DNA of 60,238 nucleotides, counting the filler. It is 6 parts of 6 records of this genome, joined end to end, with 100 filler letters (N's around TTAATTAATTAA, not from the genome) between each part and the next. Parts side by side here need not be neighbours in the genome. Positions count along the whole stretch, not along the records: positions 1 to 15,448 come from DRR723986_6908; 5 more parts are not named here. One strand, 5' to 3'. Numbering within the stretch: the first letter of the stretch is position 1; every line of letters starts with the position of its first letter. The notes beneath the pieces are model-generated. The model made no database searches, was not told the origin of the DNA, and was given only the letters and a program-made list of their open reading frames with translations. Both the position numbers and the translations under genes were made by a program. Of this stretch, positions 1-10,077 are shown piece after piece.

Positions 1-642
1 GATTTGCTGGCCTGCAATCTGGATCAGGGGCAACCCGGCTTTCCAGCCACAGTTCTGCCCGAGTTTCTAGAAAAGATGGGTGTCCCCAATCGGATCGAAT
101 ATCAGGATACTTACTCTATTGTGATGGACAAGGTTCCAGAAGGGCGGACATTCTGCGCCCTGTGTTCACGATTGCGTCGGGGCAACCTGTATCGAGTCGC
201 GCGCGAGGAAGGCTGTTCCGCCGTGGTGCTGGGTCATCATCGTGACGATATACTCGAGACATTTTTCATGAATCTGTTCCACGGTGGGCGCCTTGCGACC
301 ATGCCCCCAAAACTGGTCAATGAAGAGGGTGATCTTTTTGTCTATCGCCCACTGGCCCATGTGGCCGAGGTGGATTGCGAAAAGTTCGCACGGGCCATGA
401 ATTACCCCATCATCCCCTGTGATTTGTGTGGCAGCCAGGATGGGTTGCAGCGCCAACAGGTCAAACAGATTCTCGATGGCTGGGAAAAGAACAGCCCCGG
501 TCGTCGTCAGGTGATGTTTCGCGCCCTAATGAACGCGCGCCCCTCCCATCTTTTGGACCCAAAGCTTTTTGACTTTCAGGGGCTTGCGTTGAATTTTGAC
601 AAAAAAGAGGAAAATTCTGGGGAAATTCCTCGCCTGCGTTAA
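1..642 (+). CDS. ttcA: tRNA 2-thiocytidine(32) synthetase TtcA, 5'-truncated by window edge
   Basis: [28 protein letters not shown] motifs; frame open from base 1. Confidence 0.95.
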   Translation, partial: DLLACNLDQGQPGFPATVLPEFLEKMGVPNRIEYQDTYSIVMDKVPEGRTFCALCSRLRRGNLYRVAREEGCSAVVLGHHRDDILETFFMNLFHGGRLATMPPKLVNEEGDLFVYRPLAHVAEVDCEKFARAMNYPIIPCDLCGSQDGLQRQQVKQILDGWEKNSPGRRQVMFRALMNARPSHLLDPKLFDFQGLALNFDKKEENSGEIPRLR

Positions 643-694
643 CGTCTGACTCAGACTGATCGTCATAGGGTTCCCATGCACGCCTTGCGTCCAT

Positions 695-2257
695 GTGAAA
701 GGCCCGATGATACCAATGCGGACAAACTCTCTGTTATCCCGTTTTCGCTCTCAAATCGTCCCGATTTTAACCGGGCCGCCGATTCTTGCCTTTTTGCCGG
801 CACTCACCCTTGGGGCCTTTTGGACCGGGGGGGAAACAGCCCTTGTGTTGGCGGCTCTTGGTTTCCCGTTGGTCTTTGCCTTTGCAGGGGCTCTGGGGCG
901 CTGGCCCGCCGCTTCTGCTACGGGTCGCGATGGGGTGACGGGCCTGTTGTTGCGGGATGGCTTTCAAAAAGTCGTGGAACAGACGTTTGAACACGCCGCG
1001 CGCACTGAGCTGCGCACCGCCTGTTTTGTGATCGAATTGGACGACTACCCCGAATTGGTCAGCCAACACGGGCAAAGCGCGGGTGATAGCATTGCCCAAC
1101 GCAGTGGCGAACGCATTCAGGCAACTCTGCGTGACAACGATACGGTTGCGCGGCTTGGGGACCGCAAATTTGCGGTTTGCCTCTCTCCTGTTCCACAGTT
1201 GGATCTGGAACTGTGTATTCAACTTGCGGGGCGTATCCAGAATTCGATTGAAGAACCCATTTCGCTGGATGGTTTGGCAGTTTACGTGTCTTGTTCCGTC
1301 GGCTTCTGTCAGCTTAATCGCGCGCCAGGCAAGACCGCAACGGATTGGCTGGATGCTGCCACCACCGCTTTGCACGAGGCCCATCAGGCCGGCCCTTCAG
1401 CAATCCGAGCCTATTCAGAGGATATGCGGCGCAAAACCCGAATCAAAAGCGATCTTCGCGGTGAAATTGTTGCAGCTCTCGAGAATGGGCAAATCCAACC
1501 TTGGTATCAGCCACAAATTTCCACAGATACAGGCAAGGTTACCGGCTTCGAGGCACTCGCACGTTGGACCCATCCCGTGCGCGGTATCATCAACCCTGAT
1601 GTTTTCCTGCCCTTGATTGATCAGGCTGGACAGATGGAGCGTTTGGGTGAGGTGATCCTTTATCATGCCCTCACCTCGCTGAAAGCATGGGATCGTGCTG
1701 GCGTGAGTGTTCCGCGGGTTGGGGTGAACTTTGCCTCTGATGAATTGCAAAACCCGGGACTGGTAAACAAGATTCAATGGGAACTGGACCGCTTTGACCT
1801 AAAGCCCGAGCGGCTGTCGGTTGAAATCCTGGAAACCGTTTTTTCAAACACCCCGGATGACACGATCACACGCAACATCACTGGTTTAGGGGCTCTTGGG
1901 TGTCGGATTGACCTTGATGATTTTGGAACGGGCCATGCCTCCATTGCCTCGATCCGGCGTTTTTCAGTGTCACGCATCAAGATTGACCGTTCCTTTGTCA
2001 TGAAAGCCGATTGCGATCCTGAACAACAACGTATGATCGGGGCCATTCTAACCATGGCCGAACGATTGGAACTAGAAACACTGGCTGAGGGAGTTGAAAC
2101 TGTCGGGGAACATGCCTTGTTGGCCCAATTGGGCTGTGACCATGTTCAAGGCTTTGGAATTGGTAAGCCCATGCCGTTCGAACAGACCCTTGATTGGATT
2201 GCCACGCATGAAGCCAAATTGCAGGGAACCCCACGAATTGGGCGTGAAACAGGTTGA
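695..2257 (+). CDS. Membrane-anchored GGDEF(degenerate)-EAL protein, probable c-di-GMP phosphodiesterase
   Basis: N-terminal TM segments; ARLGDRKF replaces GGDEF; EAL domain with FEALARW, DDFGTG, KIDRSF, AEGVET, QGF; exact start uncertain (GTG 695 or a later ATG). Confidence 0.9.
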   Translation: MKGPMIPMRTNSLLSRFRSQIVPILTGPPILAFLPALTLGAFWTGGETALVLAALGFPLVFAFAGALGRWPAASATGRDGVTGLLLRDGFQKVVEQTFEHAARTELRTACFVIELDDYPELVSQHGQSAGDSIAQRSGERIQATLRDNDTVARLGDRKFAVCLSPVPQLDLELCIQLAGRIQNSIEEPISLDGLAVYVSCSVGFCQLNRAPGKTATDWLDAATTALHEAHQAGPSAIRAYSEDMRRKTRIKSDLRGEIVAALENGQIQPWYQPQISTDTGKVTGFEALARWTHPVRGIINPDVFLPLIDQAGQMERLGEVILYHALTSLKAWDRAGVSVPRVGVNFASDELQNPGLVNKIQWELDRFDLKPERLSVEILETVFSNTPDDTITRNITGLGALGCRIDLDDFGTGHASIASIRRFSVSRIKIDRSFVMKADCDPEQQRMIGAILTMAERLELETLAEGVETVGEHALLAQLGCDHVQGFGIGKPMPFEQTLDWIATHEAKLQGTPRIGRETG

Positions 2258-2383
2258 AATCTCGGGGATTCGGTAAAATATGCCGCGTCCTACCCGCCCA
2301 ACAGAGGCGATTCCGCTTGACCTTTGCCCTCGCACTCTGTTGAACCCACCGTTGTCTTTCAATGCACAAGGTGGCTGTCCCCG

Positions 2384-4204
2384 ATGGACGATCAGAACAA
2401 GAATCTCATCCTTGCAACCGCGCTCAGCTTTGTCGTGATCCTTGTATGGTTCGTGCTGTTTCCGCCGCCCGAAGCAACGGCGCCGACAGAAGAAGCAAGC
2501 ATAAGCGCCGTCGAGAATAGTGTTGCACTCGCGCCTTCAACTCCGGATGCGCAAGCCGCTGCAGCCACTCAGGCCGAAGCGTCAGCTGATGACGAATCGC
2601 CGCGTGTTGCGATTGAAACCGCCCGTCTGACGGGTAGCGTTTCGCTCAAAGGTGGCCGCATCGATGACCTGTCCCTCAAGGACTACCGGGTTTCGCTTGA
2701 TGACGACGCCGAGATCGTAAAAGTCCTCTCTCCTGTAGGAACGCCATCGGCTTACTATGCATTGTACGGTTGGGCCCCCGGCGCGGGCCTGGCGCTAGAG
2801 GATGTGCCTGGTGCCAACACTGAATGGTCCCTCGAAGAAGGGACCGAGCTGAGTGTCGACACTCCGATCACGCTGTCTTGGACAAACTCCAAGAACATGA
2901 TCTTCCGTCGCACACTCGCCGTCGACGACAACTATATGTTCTCGGTGACCCAATCCGTAGAAAACGGATCAGACACCACGGCCAGCATGGCACCTTATGG
3001 TATCTTGGCCCGTCACGGCATTGGCGAAGATGCTGACCTGCCTGACCTCAAGAATTTCTTCATCCTGCACGAAGGTGTCGTTAACGTCACCGATGGCACA
3101 TTGACAGAAACAGACTATGATGACGTCCGCGATTTCGAAGTGAATCCAAACGAAGGCGCGCAAGCTGAAATCTATCAGGTTCAGAAAGATGGCTGGATCG
3201 GCTTTACCGACCACTTCTGGATGACAACGTTGATCCCAGAAGCCGGGCAATCGTTCAAAGCAGCCGCCAAATACGACAACCGTCGCAAGATTTACCAAAC
3301 CGAAACCGTTCTGCCGACAATGACTGTCGCCCCCGGTGCAACCGCCGAAGTTTCGACCCAATTGTTTGCTGGTGCTAAAGAATGGGAAGCCATCCGAAAC
3401 TACGAGAAAAACGGTGTTATCGACTTTCTCAACAGCATCGACTGGGGTTGGTTCTTCTTCCTGACCAAGCCGATTTTCTGGCTGCTGCACAATATTAACC
3501 AACTCATCGGCAACATGGGCTGGTCGATTATTGGTCTGACACTGATTATCAAGGCGGCGCTCTTCCCGCTGGCGTACAAATCCTACGTTTCTATGGCGAA
3601 GATGAAAGAACTGCAGCCGCAGATGGAGGCTTTGAAAGCCGCCGCTGGGGATGATCGCCAGAAAATGCAGCAAGGCATGATGGAGCTCTACAAAAAGGAA
3701 AAGGTAAACCCAGCCGCTGGTTGTTTGCCGATCCTGCTGCAGATCCCAATCTTCTTCTCGCTGTATAAAGTGATCTTTGTCACGATCGAACTGCGTCAAG
3801 CCCCCTTCTTTGGACCGTTCCAAGACCTAAGCGCGCCTGACCCAACCTCGTTCATGAACTTCTTTGGCTTGATGCCATGGGGCGGACCCGAAGCGGGCAC
3901 GCTGATGGCAACGATCTTTATCGGCATCCTGCCACTGTTGCTTGGTATTTCCATGTATCTGCAACAAAAGCTGAACCCGGCCCCCACGGACCCGACTCAG
4001 CAGATGATTTTTGCTTGGATGCCTTGGGTCTTTATGTTCATGCTCGGCAGCTTTGCCAGTGGCTTGGTCGTATACTGGATCGCGAACAACACGATCACGT
4101 TCACCCAGCAGTATTTGATCATGCGCAGCCAAGGCTACAAACCGGATATCTTCGGCAACATCAAATCCGGCTTTAAACGCAAGTCCAAGGCAGATGAAAA
4201 ATGA
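2384..4204 (+). CDS. yidC: Membrane protein insertase YidC
   Basis: MDDQNKNLILATALS start, periplasmic domain, IDWGWF, GCLPILLQIPIFF, LYWIANN-type C-terminal motif (VVYWIANN). Confidence 0.97.
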   Translation: MDDQNKNLILATALSFVVILVWFVLFPPPEATAPTEEASISAVENSVALAPSTPDAQAAAATQAEASADDESPRVAIETARLTGSVSLKGGRIDDLSLKDYRVSLDDDAEIVKVLSPVGTPSAYYALYGWAPGAGLALEDVPGANTEWSLEEGTELSVDTPITLSWTNSKNMIFRRTLAVDDNYMFSVTQSVENGSDTTASMAPYGILARHGIGEDADLPDLKNFFILHEGVVNVTDGTLTETDYDDVRDFEVNPNEGAQAEIYQVQKDGWIGFTDHFWMTTLIPEAGQSFKAAAKYDNRRKIYQTETVLPTMTVAPGATAEVSTQLFAGAKEWEAIRNYEKNGVIDFLNSIDWGWFFFLTKPIFWLLHNINQLIGNMGWSIIGLTLIIKAALFPLAYKSYVSMAKMKELQPQMEALKAAAGDDRQKMQQGMMELYKKEKVNPAAGCLPILLQIPIFFSLYKVIFVTIELRQAPFFGPFQDLSAPDPTSFMNFFGLMPWGGPEAGTLMATIFIGILPLLLGISMYLQQKLNPAPTDPTQQMIFAWMPWVFMFMLGSFASGLVVYWIANNTITFTQQYLIMRSQGYKPDIFGNIKSGFKRKSKADEK

Positions 4205-4938
4205 AGGGCGCAGTAACCAGTCTCTGGCGACACCCCATCAAAAGTCACGGACGCGAACAGCTGTCCAATGTCACACTAATCCCCGGGCAAACCATGCCCG
4301 GGGATCGTGTTTGGGCCGTTGCCCATGAGGCGTCAAAAGCAGACGGGTCTGAGTGGGTGTCTTGCGCCAATTTCAGCAGGGTGGCCAAAGCGCCTGAATT
4401 GATGGCTATGACGGCACAGCTGAACGGGGATCAAGTCACCCTGATGCACCCCAAGCGCCCTGATTTGACATTTGCACCAGACACACAGGCGCATCTGTTT
4501 TTGGATTGGGTTAAACCACTGATGCCGGAAAACCGGGCCGCATCTGCGCGCATCCTGCGTGTGCCGGGGCGGGGCATGACGGACAGCGATTTCCCCTCTG
4601 TGACGCTTTGTAACGCAGCTTCCCATCGTGCGGTCGAAACTCAGATGGGTCAAGATCTGTCCATTTCGCGCTGGCGGGGCAATCTCTGGTTCGAAGGCCT
4701 GCCTGAATGGGTAGAGTTCGACTGGATGGATCGCGACGTACAAATCGGTGACGTTATCCTACGGGTGCGTGAACGCACCGAACGCTGCGCAGCAACCACA
4801 ACAAACCCCGAGACAGGCGCGCGCGATGCGGATACCCTCGCAGCACTGCAGACTTGGGGTCACAAAGATTTTTCGGTTCGCGCCGAGGTGATCCAGGGTG
4901 GCGACATCCGGATCGGAGACGAGGTACAACCGCTATGA
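4201..4938 (+). CDS. MOSC domain-containing protein
   Basis: HPIKSH, GDRVWA, RWRGNL, RC motif, GGDIRIGD; ATGA overlap with yidC. Confidence 0.9.
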   Translation: MKGAVTSLWRHPIKSHGREQLSNVTLIPGQTMPGDRVWAVAHEASKADGSEWVSCANFSRVAKAPELMAMTAQLNGDQVTLMHPKRPDLTFAPDTQAHLFLDWVKPLMPENRAASARILRVPGRGMTDSDFPSVTLCNAASHRAVETQMGQDLSISRWRGNLWFEGLPEWVEFDWMDRDVQIGDVILRVRERTERCAATTTNPETGARDADTLAALQTWGHKDFSVRAEVIQGGDIRIGDEVQPL

Positions 4939-5588
4939 CCGGTATGACATTCACAGTGGCCGAAGAGCCGGATCAGATCACTCAAGAACGCGGGCGCAAG
5001 CTGTTCGCAGGGGAATCCCTGTTCGTCAAAGGCGTCGTGGCTATGTCTGGCCTGCCGCCAGCCGACCGGATGGAGGTCTGCTTCGCAGGGCGCTCCAATG
5101 TTGGGAAATCGAGCCTGATCAACGCGCTGACCGGCACCAAAGGATTGGCGCGTGCGTCCAACACCCCTGGTCGAACGCAAGAGATCAACTATTTCACCCA
5201 AGGCCCCGATCACTATCTGGTCGACCTTCCGGGCTATGGGTATGCAAATGCTCCGCTGGCCGTGGTGGAAAAGTGGCAACGTCTGCTCAAGCAATACCTG
5301 AGCGGTCGTCAGACACTCCGCCGGGCATTTGTTCTGATTGATGCGCGTCACGGCGTAAAACCTGTGGATGATGAAATCATGTCGCTGTTGGACAGTGCCG
5401 CTGTGACCTTTCAATGTGTCATGACCAAGATCGACAAAGTTAAAATCAAGGACAAAGACGCCGTTCTGAAACAGGTTCAGGCAGCATTGGCGAAACACCC
5501 TGCGGCCTATCCGGAAATTGTGCTGACATCGTCTGAAAAAGGCGAAGGTATTCCAACACTGCGTTCGATCATCACGACACTCGAATGA
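4935..5588 (+). CDS. engB: Ribosome biogenesis GTPase EngB/YihA
   Basis: GRSNVGKSS P-loop, TPGRT, DLPGYG, TKID; ATGA overlap with the MOSC gene. Confidence 0.96.
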   Translation: MTGMTFTVAEEPDQITQERGRKLFAGESLFVKGVVAMSGLPPADRMEVCFAGRSNVGKSSLINALTGTKGLARASNTPGRTQEINYFTQGPDHYLVDLPGYGYANAPLAVVEKWQRLLKQYLSGRQTLRRAFVLIDARHGVKPVDDEIMSLLDSAAVTFQCVMTKIDKVKIKDKDAVLKQVQAALAKHPAAYPEIVLTSSEKGEGIPTLRSIITTLE

Positions 5589-5950
5589 TTTTAACCCGTC
5601 TTCTTGCCCTGCTCACGATCGTCACGCTGGCATTGTCCAGCGCGATCCCGCAAGGCTGGATGCCGACTGCAGGCGCTGACGGTCAGGTTCTGTTGGTGAT
5701 TTGTACCGGAGATGGCCCGACAGAACGTTGGGTCGATCTGGACCAAGATCACCCGCCTCATGATGACACAGATTCCCGGATGCCCTGCCCATTTGCAGCA
5801 ACTCCAGAGTCTACCTTTGACCAGCCCGATCTTTTGATCCTGACATTGGCTGCGCCGTTGAGCGCGCGTTGGGATCACGCAGATTTCACACACCGTAGCG
5901 CAGGTATGCACTGGCGCTATGATGCCCGCGGCCCGCCCATCCTCTCCTAA
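5585..5950 (+). CDS. DUF2946-like (CruR/CutF-like) exported leader protein with C-terminal RGPP motif
   Basis: Signal peptide, ICTGDG, His/Asp-rich segment, CPFA, C-terminal ARGPP; directly upstream of a PepSY-TM gene. Confidence 0.8.
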   Translation: MILTRLLALLTIVTLALSSAIPQGWMPTAGADGQVLLVICTGDGPTERWVDLDQDHPPHDDTDSRMPCPFAATPESTFDQPDLLILTLAAPLSARWDHADFTHRSAGMHWRYDARGPPILS

Positions 5951-6017
5951 CTTTCGCGAACATAAACAAAGCAAGATGGCCCGCATACAGATGCGAGGCC
6001 CCGTTCCGATATGGAGA
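5943..6017 (+). promoter_or_regulatory. Putative SD-sequestering RNA structure between DUF2946 and PepSY-TM genes
   Basis: TCTCC 5943-5947 complementary to SD GGAGA 6013-6017; TCG(C)GAAC pairs with GTTCCGA 6003-6009; inner hairpin GGCCCGCAT/ATGCGAGGCC. Confidence 0.55.
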
Positions 6018-6024
6018 ATTCCCA

Positions 6025-7428
6025 ATGGCGATGGACAGCCAACACGTGGCCGCAGATGCGAGCCAAAGCGATTTCGCGCAAAAATTCTATTTCGCTGCCT
6101 GGCGGTGGCACTTTTATGCGGGGTTATTCGTAATTCCGTTTCTGATCATACTGGCCGTAACAGGCCTGATGATGATGTTTTTGACACAAGTTGATGGGCG
6201 GGACGGTGAAAAGATCGCCGTCGCCATTCAGGGCGAACCCTTGGCCGTATCGGCCCAAGCCGATGTCGCCCTGGCCGAAGTGCCTGGTACAGTTGTTGAA
6301 TGGATTGGGCCCAAGGCCGCCGATTTGGCGACCGTATTCCGTGTCAAAACCGAAACCGGGCAGCTTATGGTCGCTGTTGACCCTTATGCAGGCGAAGTTT
6401 TGCAAACGTGGGATCGCCGCGCCGGGTGGTATGACTTGGCCGACAACATTCACTCAACGCTGTTGATTGGGGATACCGGTGACCGGTTGTTAGAGATCGC
6501 GGCGGGGCTCTCACTGGTGCTGGTGTTTACTGGCCTCTACATGTGGTGGCCGCGTGGCAATGGGGTGTCGGCCTTTGTTCCAAACCTGCGGGCACGGGGT
6601 CGCGCACTCTGGAAATCCTTACACGCAGTTGTTGGCTTCTGGATGTCTGGTCTCCTGGTTTTATTCCTTATCTCAGGCCTGTCCTGGGCTGGTGTCTGGG
6701 GTGGTATGATCGTTCAACCCTGGAGCAGCTTTCCTGCAGAAAAGTGGGACAATGTTCCCCTGTCGGATGACATTCACGCCAGCATGAACCACGGCAGCCA
6801 AAACGATGTGCCATGGGCGCTGGAACAGACACCAATGCCCGCTTCGGGATCGAATGCAGGCATCACAGGCATTCCAAAAGGGACCAAGGCTGACATTAAT
6901 TCGATGGTCGCCCTTGGATCAGCTTTGGGCATGGATGGTCGTTTCCGCGTCGCCTATCCAAGCAGCGACACAGGGGTCTGGACCTTGAACCGGGACAGCA
7001 TGAGCAGTGATTCGACCGATCCCGTCAATGACCGCACTGTGCATGTGGATCAATTCACGGGCAATATCCTCGCCGATGTGCGCTATGCCGACTATTCGGT
7101 CATGGGCAAGGCAATGGCCTTGGGCATCCCCTTGCACATGGGCCTGATGGGGCTGTGGAATTTCATCCTGAACACCGTGATCTGCCTGTCTGTGATCTTT
7201 GTCTGTGTGTCAGGTGTGGTGATGTGGCTGAAACGCCGACCGTCGCAAGCCGGGCGTTTGGCGGCTCCACCGCTGCCTGCTGAGCTGCCGTTCTGGAAAG
7301 GCGCAGTCATGATTGGCCTGTTCACCTCGATGGCATTTCCGCTTGTCGGGCTAACGCTGTTGGCCGTGCTTGCGTTTGATTTGCTGGTTCTCTCGAACAT
7401 CCCGGCGATGAAACGCGCGTTCAGCTAA
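6025..7428 (+). CDS. PepSY-associated TM helix protein (putative heme-binding metal reductase/uptake protein)
   Basis: WRWHFYAG, IHSTLL, LHAVVG, PLHMG conserved His in TM helices; PepSY-like VDPY and VDQF repeats. Confidence 0.9.
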   Translation: MAMDSQHVAADASQSDFAQKFYFAAWRWHFYAGLFVIPFLIILAVTGLMMMFLTQVDGRDGEKIAVAIQGEPLAVSAQADVALAEVPGTVVEWIGPKAADLATVFRVKTETGQLMVAVDPYAGEVLQTWDRRAGWYDLADNIHSTLLIGDTGDRLLEIAAGLSLVLVFTGLYMWWPRGNGVSAFVPNLRARGRALWKSLHAVVGFWMSGLLVLFLISGLSWAGVWGGMIVQPWSSFPAEKWDNVPLSDDIHASMNHGSQNDVPWALEQTPMPASGSNAGITGIPKGTKADINSMVALGSALGMDGRFRVAYPSSDTGVWTLNRDSMSSDSTDPVNDRTVHVDQFTGNILADVRYADYSVMGKAMALGIPLHMGLMGLWNFILNTVICLSVIFVCVSGVVMWLKRRPSQAGRLAAPPLPAELPFWKGAVMIGLFTSMAFPLVGLTLLAVLAFDLLVLSNIPAMKRAFS

Positions 7429-7434
7429 ACGGAT

Positions 7435-7462
7435 CGAGGTCCCGTCGGCGGGCGGGACCTCG
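7435..7462. terminator. Stem-loop between convergent genes
   Basis: CGAGGTCCCGTC-GGCG-GGCGGGACCTCG; no U tract. Confidence 0.5.
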
Positions 7463-7516
7463 GGTGCGTGGCACGATTGCGTCCCTATGACATGCCGCGC
7501 ACCAAATTCGGCCCGC

Positions 7517-8245
7517 TCAGACGTGCTGAGCGCCGTTCACTTCGATCTCTGCACCTGAGATGTATGAGCTCCCCTCTGAGCACAGGAAATAGATCGCAGC
7601 AGCGACTTCCTCAGGTTGGCCGAGCCGTTGCAGGGGTAATTTCTCTACAATCTTGTCTGTACCGGGGCTGAGTATCGCCGTTTCCACCTCGCCCGGGGCG
7701 ATTGCATTGACCCGTACCCCCAAGGGGCCAAAGTCATGCGCCATTTCCCGTGTCAGCGCCGCCAAGGCCGCCTTGGAGGTCGCATAGGCCGCGCCAGCAA
7801 AGGGATGCACCCGAGACCCCGCAATCGACGTCACATTGACCACTGCACCCTTTGCAGCCGCCAGTTCCTCTTTCAATCCGCGCGCCAGCACGACCGAGGC
7901 AAAGAAATTGACGTGAAAGACCTGCCCCCATGTCATCAGGTCCGTCTCAAGCGTGTTCAAACGTTCTCCGTCAGGCCCTTTGGGTGAGACACCCGCATTG
8001 TTGACCAATGCGTCCAACTTGCCGCCCACCATTTCCTGAATAAGGCCAACTGCGTTGATCGTATCCGCCGGATCACCCAGATCAAGTTGCACGTGGTTGT
8101 CGTTGCCACTGCTCCATGGACACCCTTCGGGCAGGGGATTACGCGAGCAGGTGATCACGCGCCAGCCTTCGGCATCAAAACGCCGGACGGTGGCATGACC
8201 GATTCCGCGACTTGCCCCAGTCAGTAACATTATCTTTTGTCGCAT
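7517..8245 (-). CDS. fixR: FixR-like short-chain dehydrogenase/reductase
   Basis: TGASRGIG, CPW, NNAGVSPK, SRVHPFAG, YATSK; recalled resemblance to Bradyrhizobium FixR; ATG at 8245. Confidence 0.75.
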   Translation of the reverse strand: MRQKIMLLTGASRGIGHATVRRFDAEGWRVITCSRNPLPEGCPWSSGNDNHVQLDLGDPADTINAVGLIQEMVGGKLDALVNNAGVSPKGPDGERLNTLETDLMTWGQVFHVNFFASVVLARGLKEELAAAKGAVVNVTSIAGSRVHPFAGAAYATSKAALAALTREMAHDFGPLGVRVNAIAPGEVETAILSPGTDKIVEKLPLQRLGQPEEVAAAIYFLCSEGSSYISGAEIEVNGAQHV

Positions 8246-8361
8246 AGCCAATCCGATCCAATGATTTCGCCGCGACCCTAGCACCAGTGTCGCGGCCCGC
8301 AATGCAAGTCTTGGCATATCCGTTCAAAGGCCCTAACACGGTTGCCCAAAGGGACATGACC

Positions 8362-9225
8362 ATGAAGAAGCAAAACATGAACCGCGACTGGATTGCGACC
8401 GCCGCCACACTCTCAAGCGCTTTGCCATATTTGCAGCGTTACGATGGAGCCATTGTTGTCATCAAGCTAGGCGGTCACGCCATGGGCAGTGACGAAGCAA
8501 TGGAAAGCTTTGCCCGAGATATCGTGCTGATGCAGCAGGTCGGGTTGAACCCCGTGATCGTGCATGGCGGGGGTCCGATGATCAACGCAATGCTCAAGAA
8601 GCTGGATATTCAATCCGAGTTTGTGAACGGCAAGCGCGTGACCGATGCCGCCACCGTCGAAGTCGTTGAAATGGTTCTGTCCGGTGTCGTGAACAAGCGG
8701 ATCGTACAGGCCATCAATGCTCAAGGTGGAACGGCCGTGGGCCTATCCGGCAAAGATGCGCACCTGATGACCTGTGACCAGACAGATGCATCGCTGGGCT
8801 TTGTTGGAACCCCTGTCGATATGAACCCCAAGTTGCTGCACGACCTCTTTGCCAATGACGTGATCCCTGTAATCGCCCCCTTGGGTGCAGGTCGTAACGG
8901 TGAGACATTCAATGTAAACGGCGACACGGCTGCCGGGGCCATTGCTGCGGCTCTCAAGGCCGATCGCTTGCTACTGCTGACCGATGTCTCTGGGGTTAAG
9001 AACGCGGATGGCGAAGTCGTGACCGAGCTCAAGACCGGCAAGATTCGCGAAATGACCGCGGATGGCACCATCGCCGGTGGCATGATCCCAAAAACCGAAA
9101 CTGCCCTTGATGCCATCAACGGCGGCGTTCGTGCTGTTGTCATTCTGGATGGACGGGCCCCCAATGCCTGCTTGCTGGAACTGTTCACTGAACATGGTGC
9201 AGGGTCATTGATCCGACCTGACTAA
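8362..9225 (+). CDS. argB: Acetylglutamate kinase
   Basis: [32 protein letters not shown]. Confidence 0.97.
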   Translation: MKKQNMNRDWIATAATLSSALPYLQRYDGAIVVIKLGGHAMGSDEAMESFARDIVLMQQVGLNPVIVHGGGPMINAMLKKLDIQSEFVNGKRVTDAATVEVVEMVLSGVVNKRIVQAINAQGGTAVGLSGKDAHLMTCDQTDASLGFVGTPVDMNPKLLHDLFANDVIPVIAPLGAGRNGETFNVNGDTAAGAIAAALKADRLLLLTDVSGVKNADGEVVTELKTGKIREMTADGTIAGGMIPKTETALDAINGGVRAVVILDGRAPNACLLELFTEHGAGSLIRPD

Positions 9226-9282
9226 CGGATTTGTGTCGTATTCTGGCTTGCGCACCGACTTCACATGCGCAAGCCTGAATGC

Positions 9283-10077
9283 ATGGAACATGAAACCCTT
9301 ATCCGTCTGGCCATTTTCCTCGGCCTCTTTGCACTTTTCGCAATTGCCGAGGCAATACATCCGCGCCGTCCCCGGACGATTAGCCGTCAGAAGCGGTGGG
9401 TGACCAACGTGTTGATTACGGTCCTCAATACCATCATGCTACGGGGCCTTGCGTTTACCCTGCCCCTCCTCGCTGTTGGTGCAGCACTGGATGCGCAGGC
9501 CAATGGTTGGGGGCTGTTCAATCATATCACTTGGCCCAACTGGGTCGAAGTGCTGATCAGTGTTCTGATTTTGGATTTCGCGATTTGGGCCCAGCATCTG
9601 ATTACCCACAAGGTGCCGATCCTTTGGCGTCTTCATCGCGTCCATCATGCCGATCGGGATATGGACGTCACAACCGCAATCCGGTTTCACCCTATTGAGA
9701 TTGCGCTCTCCATGCTGCTCAAGATCGGTCTGGTCTATCTGTTGGGACCCAGTGCCCTAGCCGTGGTTCTGTTCGAGATCCTGCTCAATGGGACAGCGCT
9801 GTTCAATCATGCAAATCTACGACTGCCCCTTGCAGTGGATGCCGTGGTGCGTAGGGTTCTGGTAACGCCCGACATGCATCGCGTCCACCACTCGGTGCAC
9901 AGGCAGGAACACGACAGCAACTATGGCTTTGCCCTGTCTATCTGGGACCGAATGATGGGAACTTATACGGCACAGCCAAGCGAAGGGCACGACGACATGA
10001 CCGTTGGTTTGAAATGGCAGGACACGCGCCCTGCGCAACTGAGGTGGAGCCTTATGCTCCCCTTTCGCCGCAAATGA
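9283..10077 (+). CDS. Sterol desaturase / fatty acid hydroxylase family membrane protein
   Basis: His boxes QHLITH, LHRVHH, NHAN, MHRVHH; SNYG; TM segments. Confidence 0.9.
   Translation: MEHETLIRLAIFLGLFALFAIAEAIHPRRPRTISRQKRWVTNVLITVLNTIMLRGLAFTLPLLAVGAALDAQANGWGLFNHITWPNWVEVLISVLILDFAIWAQHLITHKVPILWRLHRVHHADRDMDVTTAIRFHPIEIALSMLLKIGLVYLLGPSALAVVLFEILLNGTALFNHANLRLPLAVDAVVRRVLVTPDMHRVHHSVHRQEHDSNYGFALSIWDRMMGTYTAQPSEGHDDMTVGLKWQDTRPAQLRWSLMLPFRRK

Noticed and set aside
636-660. Possible CtrA box before the EAL gene, and a similar one near 41705-41720
   Set aside because: Only a TTAAC half-site; no TTAA-N7-TTAA match.
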